Part shown: one piece after another, positions 53,301 through 64,000 of the stretch
How the letters are laid out: each line of letters begins with the position of its first letter
Numbering within the stretch: the first letter of the stretch is position 1
Assembly (NCBI RefSeq): GCF_000143415.4
Contig: NW_003314262.1
Span: 3,088,603-3,152,602, forward strand
Reading direction: 5' to 3'
Source of the DNA: Selaginella moellendorffii
Taxonomy: Eukaryota; Plantae; Lycopodiophyta
DNA length: 64,000 bases
Translations under genes and position numbers: made by a program
Notes under the pieces: model-generated
What the model was told of the DNA's origin: nothing
What the model saw: only the letters and a program-made list of their open reading frames with translations
The model's database searches: none

Positions 53301-55129
53301 ATTACAGCTCATCTCTCCCACATCACCATCTCCCATGGCTTCCCCTGCTGTTCATCGAGTCCGAATCAAGAAAAGTTCCCTAAACTCAAATCGGGGTTTT
53401 GTTCCTAATTCTACGAAGTTTTCACCCTCTTCTTTTTCCTGTCTTCCATCTTACATTAGACAGTATCCTCGTCTCATCATTCCATTTAGTCATACACCTC
53501 CTCCATGCTCTATTTCGTTAAAGTGGGATTTATTCAGTAAAATGGGACTAGGTACAAATTTTCAAGTATTTGAAAATGACGTGAAATTATATGTTTTTTG
53601 TCCAGGGGCTAGACATATCTGGGGCATGGTGACTAGCGCAGTGACTTTGTGTCCAGACTGAGTCCATCTGGTTGTATAATAAATCTCATTGTCAAGGTGA
53701 ACAAGCCGAATCTGAAGCTAAAGAAGAGTGATGGCATGCACGCACACACTATTTGTTTGTTCATTGAGCGTGTGGTGAGCTTTCCAAGATGAACGTCATT
53801 CCTATTAGCCAGACATATAACTTAATTTAGATATTATTCAATGTTATCTTTTTCTAACGAATCTAATTGTGAAGGTGTAGCAAGAGGCATTGCTAGTCTA
53901 GAGAAGTCATTTAACTCATTTGACCCTTAGTGTATTTTCATGAAACTAAATAACATTCATATTATTAAGGAATTTCTCTAGTACCTTTTTTTTACGACAT
54001 AGAGGCTTGCATTTCTTTCAAAGGTGATTTAGTAAAAGGCCGGAGGGCACATGCCATTCTATTTCTCAGACCGGTATTAAGATATACTAGTGCAAAGGGA
54101 AAAAGGTATTTGGTGATCAAGTAAATGGCATGAGGGCACACGCCATTATAAGCCTAAGCGCTAGTGGACACCTCCTTTTTGGTACTCTCAGCGGTACTAT
54201 CATCCTTCTCCGGGTCAGTTGTTTTGCTTTGGATTGTTGTCTCTGACGTTACTGGGGCGTTCTCGATAGTTGTTAATGTTGCCGTTTGTTCAGAAAAATG
54301 ATCACCTGGAGTATAGTACGGGGAGTTTGGAAGACTTATATATTCTACATCTTCACCTATCTCCTTCTCTGTCTCCTTTTCTGCCTCACTTACAGATTTT
54401 GTGCTTGCCATGAGAACGCTCTTCACCCTAAAATATGGAGTTTGTTGTGTTATAAAAGGAAACCAAAACACACCACGCTGCAAGGGTGAATGATGGTACA
54501 TAAAGCACGTAAGCCCACAATATGGGTTTATGTGCCATTACTATGGGCCACATGCCATATTATTAAATTTATGCATGTGTGATTGGTAAATGCATATGTC
54601 ACATCATCTTTGTTTTACCTCACACACTATATCAGGCCTAATGAACCATATCACATGTGCGCACATGCTATATATATGGAGAAGTATTATGCAAGGATAG
54701 AAAAATTCAATGCATGATTGTGGAGAGCAATGGTATGAAGCCACATGCTAAATAACATTTTAGAGAAAGAATTAAAATAAAAACATGCAAACAGTACTGA
54801 GTGGACCAAGACTTAGAAGTGCACAATTGAATGAGGTATTTCTAATAAATATTTCACTCACCTCATATAGGAATGGCTACCACTCTCAAATGGCGTATCG
54901 CCTCATGCCATCACCTCGCAATTTGTTATAACAATCCGATGAATTCATATTCGGCTTGTTCACCTTGAACTTTAAGTAAGATTTGCTAGAACAACTAAGA
55001 ATTTATACTTGTTATTTGTATCATCTCACCTAGGAATGGCGTAAGGCCACATGCCATCACGCCTCCTCTGATTCAGATTCGGATTGTTCACCTTGAAATA
55101 AAATACATTAGAAACTTAGTAAAGGAATA

Positions 55130-57982
55130 TTAATGAATCTCATCTTGAACCCGGGTTATGAATGCTCTTGCTGCATCTCTTGCATGGTCTGGCAAGGTGA
55201 TGGTGGCACTCTGCTTCCGCATCCAACCATGCACAACATTATCCACCGATATGCTCATGCTGGGATCCCTTGGATTCAGCACCCATCTCTTTTCTAGGCA
55301 ATCCTTCGTATATCCGAAACTTGGCTTGAACCACTCCACAGTTACATTGAAGGAGTTAGTTTCCGCGTCCTCCTCTGCATCAGTGATGCAGCGCCCCACC
55401 CATATCATTTGTTTTTTATTACTGGGTCTGACAAGCACGACCATTCCTTTGCAGACCTGTACTGGATTGAATGCTGAATCCGGCTTCTTGTTCCTCGGCC
55501 CACAATAGTGATCCTCAACATCGTTATCTGTCACTGCATTTCCAGAGGACATTGTTCCGCTACTATCTGGTGCTCTGGGTTCTGGCCAAAAGGACTCTTC
55601 CAATTCTTCATATACAACCGGCCCATTTTGGATAGCAAATATAATCTTCTCCCAGTATTCAAGCAAAGGCTTGCACCTCTTAAAATAGGATTCTCCACCA
55701 AACACCAACCCCCTCTTCTAGAAGGCAATATGCTGTCTAATCCCGGCCACTATACTTTCCTGGTCTTTGAGTCCATCCGGGTGCATCGGCTGTGGGGAAC
55801 CCTGAGGAATCATAGGTTCCCCAGTTATGGGATCTCTCTTGAAGAGTTCAATGCCGTCCACTGGCAGCCACACTGTGTCCCATTCTCTCATCTTGTACCT
55901 CATCACTGGAGCACCATCACGCATGCTGAAATGAAACTGAAGAGGCTTGGAATGGCCAATCAGCGTTTCGGATCCGTCCCTGATGTAGCCTCTTACAAAC
56001 CCCTTAAAGTCTGGAACCTCTTACAAACCCCTTAAAGTCTGGAACCTCTGTCACAAGTGCAGCTTCAACAGTGCCTTTGATGCAATTTTGGAATTCATCG
56101 TAGAGTTGTGGGAGGGTGAGGACATTGGATCGCCGGAGGGACTCTGCCAGGTGACTGAACATGGCATCGACGTCTTCATGAGTGTGCCCAACCATGAGAA
56201 AGCCAAGTGTAACCGTTTCAAATATGCCTTTGGCAACAAGCATCGCAAAGGACGCGAAGACGTACATGTTTTTGTTCTCACTGCCAGCATTGTCTGTTTG
56301 GAGCAGAAGATGGGGTGGAAGGCCACATCGGCCACAAGAACTTCCTTGAGATTCTGCTTCGTTTGGATGAGGCTGTGCATTCACCGAGCGACCAGCCTCG
56401 TCGGAATGGCATGAGGCCTCACGTGATAACCCTACAATCTGACGGCCAACATATTCACTGGGATGGCATGGGGCCCCACGCGATACTGCAAGCCTTTGCT
56501 CCTCCTCCAGCTGAACTCTGTATGGGGTTCGATCGACAAGGGCCTTATGCAAGGGTTGGCCGTTCAGCTCAGTCTGCGCACTTTGCAGAGACCTTAAGTG
56601 TTTTGCTAGGGACGCAATCATCATGTTTGCACCCCCGCCACCCCATAGAGGTACAAAGAAGTTCCCATAGTTCTGGGCACCATGCCCATGAGTGATTATG
56701 CCAAACAGAGACACAGGCAGCTGCATGGATGAAGAGATTGCCTTGGGGGCAGGATTGAGTCGAGGTAAGCACGTCTTTTTCTGGTCCATTTTGTCGTGGA
56801 TGATGTAGAGGTAAGAGTCAGGTCTCTCCATGGAGAGAATCCTGTTATGATAATATGCAGTCCTGCAGCTTCTCTGCTCGATGTTGTGGTCGAGCCGCCT
56901 TCTAACCAACGTCTCTCGCTCTTGAGCGATGCAAGAATTCTTCGACAAAGCCATTTTGATAGCAGTGCACTCGTCACACTTTGAAAAGCTGGAGTACTTT
57001 CCTATACTCACATCCCTGAACCTGTTGCTCCACAATCTACTAAATCTAGATTGGCTCAGCTTCCTGTAGCCATTACTCTGGAGTTCCCGATTCACATCTT
57101 CCAATATGGCCCCCTTGGTATACATGGAAGCGAGAACTCGTTGGGTGTCTCGAGTTCCATCTTCCAAGAGGCGGGTTTTATGTGGTTGCTGCTCGCTACA
57201 TGTCTCGACAAACCTCTTGAAGATTGCCTCTCCATATACAACATGACCCCTGGTTTTGTGAGTACTGTCGTTCCCATGGATTGCCTGTTGAACCCTTTGT
57301 TCTTCGAACTCAGTTTTGATTCTGTAGAATGTGGTTCGAGGGACTCCATAAATGATTCTCCATGCCTTCATGCAAACCAAACCCCTCTGGAAGACCATGC
57401 CCCCCACCTGATGTTTTGAAGCATCACAGATGACCGTAATGCCTCATACACAAAATTGCAAGCTGCCTTCCAGGACAATGTCTTGTATCTTGCTCTCTCC
57501 TCTTCAATAGCATCCCAATCAGCATGTTGACAGCACCTCCTCTTGCAACAAACAACTGTCGAGACCATTCGAACCTCCATCGCCATTTTCTGCCTTTTCG
57601 GTTCGTTGCTCAGATCCCTTTGGCTGCACTTTAGGAAGGTGTACTTTCTTTTCCCATGAAGAGATGTTCTGTCATCAATTGTAGTGGTGTTTGATTGTGA
57701 ATCCTTCACATTCTTAAACACTAAGTGCCTCAATTTCCACCGCACAATGCTTCCAATAGTTAGATTGTTTTCTTCTGTGTCAACAACCTCTAAAATCGCA
57801 ACTCCAATATCATCTCAGCCCAATTCTTGATTAGCAACCGCATCTCTTGAATCGACAACTGTGGCTAAACCCTCAGCTACCACCTCCCCCTCGGGGTTGT
57901 TTAGAAACACCTTTGCCTGAATCCATGTAGCACGGTTCTTAAGATCCACGGAGGGAACATGCGTCGCATTTGCGGAGGCCAT
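55130..57982 (-). pseudogene. DDD-type transposase (DUF7869/Sola-related), ~940 codons, disrupted
   Basis: CCKRRCC, CMKAW...GVPRTTFY, FSKCDEC, IIHDKMDQ, QTDNAGSENKN and GFLMVGHTHEDVDAMFS. Lesions: stop ~57815, frameshift ~57430, 28-bp duplication 55991-56046, stop 55718. Confidence 0.8.
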
Positions 57983-58244
57983 TCTGAAAGTGCAGAAAAG
58001 AAGTTAAGACCATACAAAAAATGATTGGAGAATGGCCTAAATCATAACATACCAAACAACCTCAATAGCATGAGGCCACATGCCATTATTCAAACATGCT
58101 ATTGACACCCACGTGAAATTTCGCATTCACAAAATTGGCATGAGGCCTCACGCCATTTCTAAATGTGGTCCTAAGCCATTCCATGGTGAACATACCAGGA
58201 AGCACAAGTGCCGAATATCAAGAGGAAGCGGTAGCCACACCAAA

Positions 58245-58445
58245 GACAGTGCCGCTCGCAACACTGCAACTACTCGTAGCGCCGCTCGCAACACCGCAAC
58301 TGCTCGTAGCACCGCTCGCACAAACTGCCACTCGCATAAACTGCCGCTCGCAATGGCGCTCACAATGCCGCAACCGCTCGTAGACGCATAAACCACAGCT
58401 CACAACGCTGCTTACACAAGCAGCGCTCACTGCGCTCAGCGAAAC
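58245..58445. repeat. GCCGCTCGCA-based tandem repeats (~30-bp period)
   Basis: gccgctcgcaacactgcaactactcgtagc and variants. Confidence 0.8.
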
Positions 58446-58504
58446 CAAGAACACGGCGCACAAAAATGATAGACCTAGGAATGAGTTCGAGAATTCAAAA
58501 ATAA

Positions 58505-60430
58505 CACACGCTTGAACGTCACATCAAATCCTCCGACAAACCAGATCTTATGATTCCTCTGACAAATTTCAAACTGAGTAGCTTCTAGACTTTGCTGTCG
58601 GAGGTTGAACTTTGTCACATCATGTCCTTGCCTCGATCCAGCTGTGCCATGTCAGTGATTCGAACTTTGCCATGCCATGTCAGCGATCCGCGCCAAGATT
58701 ATTCGCCGTGTAAAGGAATAATTATGCTGTGTGTGTACGTCCATTTATGGCAATATAAGGCCACACGCTATTCAAAGAATAATGCTAGTCGAGCATTTTT
58801 TGGTGCATTGTTGGGTTCAAAATTGCATGAGCCCACACGCTATAAAGTTTACCTGTACCAAAAATAGAAACAGCTTTATTTACTTGGGAATTTAAATGGT
58901 TGAGGCATTTTTAAACTTACAAACACATGCCCTACTTACATTCCTTTGGTTGTTTAAAATTCAAAAATATTATAAACCTTTCTTTTTGCATTTTCAATGT
59001 TTTCAATTATGGTTTTTGATTTTCGCAGGACCAGCCTAGTAATCTATTTGCATCCCGTCATGTTTATAGCTAGCTTTCATTTGTCCCCTTCGCTAGCTTG
59101 AGATACATTTGCTCGGCATCTACCTCTTACAGCATTTGCCCAGAAAGGGCATCTTTCTTCACGCAGCATTTGCCACATGTTTAGGGTTTAGGGTTTAGGG
59201 TTTAGCAATTCAGTAGCTTGATAAACATGCAAATATAAAACTTGATGCAAAATCCTTTGATATGTCACAATGCCCCTAGGACCATAAACACATTTTAATA
59301 GAAAGGGTCCTTTCATTTCATAAATCCTTACGTAGATCTTGGTGAAACCAGAGTTAGTGAAGTTAGTTTCTTGTGATCCCGCATCTGATTGTGATGTCCC
59401 TTTGCAGTGTCGATGGAAAGGTCAATGCACACCAAACTGTAAAATCTTGGAGCAAAATAATGGTCGGATCTATGACAAATGCCCCTGAAACATTGTAAGG
59501 CTCGTGTGGTCTCATGTAGTGTCCGATCGAGATGCTTCTTTTCAGGGTCATCAAGAAAGACATTGTATACCATTCTGTAAAATCTAGTTGCGATCTAACG
59601 GTTGGATCTCCAGAAAACTCAAAAAAATCTCGAGCGTGTCAGAATATTCTAGGAATATACTCCTATTTGCCCCTGAAAATGGCATGCGGCCCCACGCCAT
59701 TCAAGAGATAACGCCAGATGACGCCGAACATTTTTTGGTGCATTTTTTGGGATCAAAATTGCATGAGCCCACACGCTTGAATGTCACATCAAATCCTCTG
59801 ACAAACCAGATCTTATAATTCCTCTGACAAATTTCAAACTGAGTAGCTTCTAGACTTTGCTGTCGGACGTTAAACTTTGTCACATCATGTCCTTGCCTCG
59901 ATCCAGCTGTGCCATGTCAGTGATTCGAACTTTGCCATGCCATGTCAGCGATCCGCGCCAAGATTATTCGCCGTGTAACTGCTCGGCATCTGCCTCTTAC
60001 AGCATTTGCCCAGAAAGGGCATCTTTCTTCACGCAGCATTTGCCACATGTTTAGGGTTTAGGGTTTAGCAATTCAGTAGCTTGATAAACATGCAAATACA
60101 GAACTTGATGCAAAATCCTTTGATATGTCAGGACCATAAACACATTTCAATAGAGAGGTTCCTTTCATTTCATAACTCCTTACGTAGATCTTGGTGAAAC
60201 CAGAGTTAGTGAAGTTGGTTTCTTGTGATCCCGCATCTGATTGTGATGTCCCTTTGCAGTGCCGATGGAAAGGTCAATGCACACTAAACTGTAGAATCTT
60301 GGAGCAAAATAACGGTCGGATCTATGGCAAATGCCCCTGAAACATTGTAAGGCTCGTGTGGTCTCATGTGGTGTCCGATCGAGATGCTTCTTTGTAGGGT
60401 CATCAAGAAAGACATTGTATACCATTCTTT
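58505..60430. repeat. Rearranged internal duplication (58505-58712 ~ 59768-59977; 59110-59577 ~ 59979-60427) with short TTTAGGG runs
   Basis: Near-identical blocks; duplicate ORFs 59328-59573 and 60180-60425; (TTTAGGG)2-3 at ~59180 and ~60050. Confidence 0.88.
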
Positions 60431-61089
60431 ATTTAGCTGAACATCTGGCATTTTTGGAAATACAAGATGCTTTGGAATATCCAATCATGCATGGTATAAA
60501 TATAGCAAGGGTATTAAATGATATCCCAATCATGATCTTTCTTTTGGATTTCGCGTGCATGCAGTCTGAGGAATGATGATGTTGCGGATTTCTTTTGGAT
60601 TTCACGTGCATGCATGCGCGCGGCGATCCAGAAATTAATGGTGGCGCCCAAGTCCGAGGAATGATGACGTTGCGGGATTACCAACCGTCGTGACATTTCG
60701 CGCGCGTGAGGTTAGGTTTTGCATTTTGCTTCGTACTTGCGCTCGCATCGCGCTCCCACTCGCGATCACGCTCACATTCGCGCTCATCTACCTTCTCTAC
60801 AGGTTTCTCGTGTGCATCGGTGTCCACTCGCGCTTGCATCACACTCGCGCTCGCATCGCGCTCGTGTGCATCGGCGTCCACTTCAAGACACACCTAGTTT
60901 GTAACTTCACCGCCAACTCCGCCGCCCACTCCGCCACCCACACACAGCCCACTTGGCATTCCGGGAGATTTCAGTGCCACTCTCCAATTGTAAGTGGCAG
61001 AGTAGCCTTGCTGCTATGATCCGCTGCACACACAGTGCACATTCGCCAGCGAGTCCGGCCTCGATTGTCACGCCTCCATTTGGCTTCAA

Positions 61090-64000
61090 ATGGTAAGTCT
61101 TTTAGGCCAAGTAGAAAATGGCATGAGGCCACATGCCATTCAGTAGCAACATTGGCATGCACCAATTGGGCTCTCGAGTGCAGTCCGGTTACAGATGGCG
61201 TGTAGCATCACGCCATCTTAGGATGCAGCCTCAAGACATCTGATGCAGTGGTGAATGGCGTGTGGCCTCACGTTATTTCTAGCTGCTAGCTTTTTATCTA
61301 TCAGCTCTAATTGTTGTGCATTTTTGAACAGGCGAGGAATTGCGTTCTTCTTCCAGCCACTGTCAATGTGGATGCAGAGAAGGGGGAGGAGCTCACCAGT
61401 TGGACTTTCGGGATGGAAGGCGAGGATCTGAGGCTGTACAACACAGATGGTGGGAGAAAAGAATGCATGGGGATCCTTATCCAAGTGACAGACACTCCAT
61501 GCAGTTCCATGCAAGAATATCGACTGGCACTTGTGGTAGAGACAGCGTTCGCCTTCAAGATCCACCTTGCACATCCTAGCGGCTTCCCGGAGGGGGGCAG
61601 CGGCTATAAGGAATTCCTAGAGGGAGCTAGGGAGAGGTTGTCCAGGAGGCCCACAATTTCAAAGACGCTGCGGGTCTATGAAGATCACATGGAATCCACG
61701 GACCTCACCTACGGCGATGTTCAAAAACTATATTCCAACATTGAGCCGTTGAGAGTGCTTCCAGTTCGCGAAGCGAAGGGGAAGGGGGTCGATCTGGAAA
61801 CTACCCCGAAGCAGAAAAGGGTGGTCAAGCTCAAGCCGACGTTCGACTCTCCTGCTCCAAAAAAAAAGCTACTTGGTGATGCCATTGCCTCGAGTTCGAA
61901 CACTACACCCACCAAAAAGAAAAGCCGCAAAGAACAGAAAGAGCAAGAAGAGGCAACAAAAATCATCACAGATAATAGTACTTGTTACTATTCCAACAAA
62001 GTATATACAATCGACGTGAGCCATATCGACATCCAAAGGAAATACAACCACAGGCTAGTATCTGATGAGTGGGTGGAGAAACTGAAGCAGAAGATGCTGG
62101 CAAGTCCAGTAACACCCGACATCGCAGACGTGATCCCCTACTATCGAACAATGAAGGGCAAGATGAGGTTTCCAGACTTGATCAATAGGAAGGTGTTGGA
62201 TGATCAGAACATCCGGTTCTATGCCGTCTCCGAGCAGCATTCTAGCTTGGCGATGCAAGAGATAGTTGTGGATATTATGGTGGGCGAGGAGGTGAAGAAA
62301 GTCTTCAAGACAAGAGTTGTCCGCCTGATAAAAGGCAACTCGCCCCTCCGATCTATCATATACATCTCCCACGCGCAGAATGTCAAGCAAGAAATGTGCT
62401 ACAAATCGGGTCTGCATGAGACATTGGCACGAACATGGAAGCTCTGGGTTCAACTGAAGAAGCCACAAAAACGAGGACAAGGACGTGCACTAGCAACTAG
62501 CGCCTGGCAGATAAGCTTTGTTGCATGTGGCATAGCATGTGGCCTCACGCCATTTCCATTGCAGGAATTCTCGAGTCTTCTCTCGAAAACACTGGGGGTC
62601 AATGACACACTCAGCATCCATAACATTCTACTCGCGACAAAAGTTGTTTTTGACAAATGGGTAGATGTGCTGAGGAGGTACCATGATGGGGAGTTGCTAA
62701 ACTCAATGGGTGTGGAGGACGGCCGGAAGCCCAATGATTTGAAGCTCAACGCCTTGCATTTCTCGCGGTCTCTAGACGACGACGACCTTCTGACAGTGGC
62801 TAATGCTCTTCTACGTGGTGAGGTAGTCTTCAACAAGACCAAAATGACTCCCGGCCATATTGTGACATACGAGGACTTGTGCACGACTCTGAGAGCTCAT
62901 GCGCTATTGAAGGATTGGATCTTCGAGCAAGTGGCCGTGGAGAGGGTGAGCATCGACACCACGTAAGAGATGATGGAAGAGCTGGAGTTGTCAAATGAAG
63001 ACATCGACGAGTACGTGAAGGGGGCCCCCAAGTTCATCGATCTGCTGTGGGATGCCACGAAAAGTAAAGCTGAGAAGTTGGATCAGTATCCAAATTTCAT
63101 TAAGAGGGATGTCGACCGTCGGCTTCAGAAATAGCTCGACCCCGCAGCAGAGGCCTATCGAGAACCTTACCGGGTATACGTGAATTCGGATGAGGATCAA
63201 AGGTGGAGGAGCATCGTTTCCCGCGGAGATGAGCAGGTCAAGAACATCTTTTGTGTGATGGACTTCACAAACGAGGAGATCACTCATGCAGATGAAGTCA
63301 GCTCTATCATTGACTTAATGGTGGGACTTGCGGAGGTGGAATCTTCAGTCCACTATATGATCTACGACTCCGAATCCTATCACAAGTTCTAGAAGGCCTT
63401 GAACGAGATGAAGGCTCGGTTGAAAGGCAAGGAGATGCGGGAGATCCATGGGATAATGGCTAAGAAGAAGATACCGACGAATGTCCGCATCTTCACACTC
63501 GCCCTTGTTATTGGTCCTGCAGCAGAGTGGGACTGGAGTGACTTCCCAGCTTCGTTCAACAAGGCCGATCGAATTGATCTGAGGGAGGTCAATTTACCCG
63601 TGCCTGAGGAATTGAAGACGGCTATGGAGCTTTCGAATCCAGAGAAAGCTCCAGGTGCAGCATGGGAAATGCTCAGCTGGGTCTTCAACGCAATAGTGGG
63701 TGGGTCACCTGCTTCCGACTCCAAGGGCAAATGCGTTGTCAAGTACAACTGTGGCAGACTATTCTTTCGAGCCGCACTACTCAAGGGTGTCCCGTGTGTT
63801 GCGGTGACAAACTCCATTGAAGAGGTGACTTCAATGGAGCATATAATTACAGTTGCTAAAGAAAAACAGTATCTTCTCTGCGAACCTGGTGAGTACGTAC
63901 TTTAAGTTTAAATGTTATCTCACAAGCTCTGTATGCAGGAGTATGGCCACCCCCAGATGCTGAAACGGCGTTAACAGCTACTGTTGAAGATACCCATGTT
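61090..64000 (+). pseudogene. Transposon accessory gene: ParB/Srx-like domain plus degenerate amino-methyltransferase-like C-terminus; continues beyond the window
   Basis: ATG 61090 with a phase-0 intron 61093-61331; single frame 61332-63890 interrupted by three stops (62964, 63132, 63390); ParB-like IDVSHIDIQ..NHRLVSDEWVEKLKQKM...FYAVSEQHSSLA. Confidence 0.62.

Larger units (their letters stand above)
53731..62554. repeat. Dispersed 24-bp palindrome family, consensus AATGGCRTGNGGCCNCAYGCCATT (~18-20 copies)
   Basis: Copies near 53731, 54036, 54124, 54540, 54729, 54889, 55035, 56405, 56462, 58064, 58134, 58751, 58821, 59678, 59757, 61117, 61193, 61254 and 62531. Confidence 0.88.
53520..64000. 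mobile_element. Large decayed DNA transposon (DUF7869/Sola-like) with a divergent accessory gene; boundaries not resolved and the right end lies outside the window
   Basis: Transposase pseudogene, divergent ParB-like gene and an element-restricted palindrome family all fall in this interval. Confidence 0.65.

Noticed and set aside
53510-53560. Left TIR/TSD of the large transposon near TTAA at 53518
   Set aside because: The matching right end is outside the window, so it cannot be verified.
59180-60070. Telomere or chromosome end
   Set aside because: Only 2-3 TTTAGGG units, internal and duplicated with their flanks.
53731-62554. Palindrome family as a CRISPR array
   Set aside because: Spacing is irregular (tens of bp to >1 kb), there are no cas genes, and the context is eukaryotic with introns.

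Overview
Eukaryotic land-plant genomic DNA. Short GT-AG introns (mostly ~50-70 bp), dense GC-rich genes and AAACCCTA telo-boxes at gene starts point to a compact lycophyte genome such as Selaginella (inference). Layout: 1-8.4 kb nested, decayed Ty3/gypsy elements, with two copies head-to-head. 8.4-12.3 kb pseudogene fragments plus an intronless Uma2-like PD-(D/E)XK nuclease ORF. 15-33.4 kb a block of ten conserved genes: GT77-type glycosyltransferase, ADH, Btz-domain protein, Yip1, BAG6-like, IST1, LEA2, ERG28, mitochondrial carrier and KH protein. 33.9-45 kb an RNase H-fold orphan and a tandem segmental duplication carrying kinase and kinesin debris and two eIF4A-derived pseudo-helicase genes. 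45-53.5 kb AT-rich TE debris, including a 5S-rRNA-containing (Cassandra-like) LTR. 53.5-64 kb the most unusual part: a large decayed DNA transposon with a DUF7869/Sola-like DDD transposase and a divergently oriented gene with a ParB/Srx-like domain plus a degenerate amino-methyltransferase-like C-terminus. About 18-20 copies of a 24-bp palindrome (AATGGCATGNGGCCNCAYGCCATT) are dispersed through this element and seen nowhere else in the window, suggesting a ParB/parS-like self-recognition system in a plant transposon. All domain calls are by eye from motifs; no searches were run.
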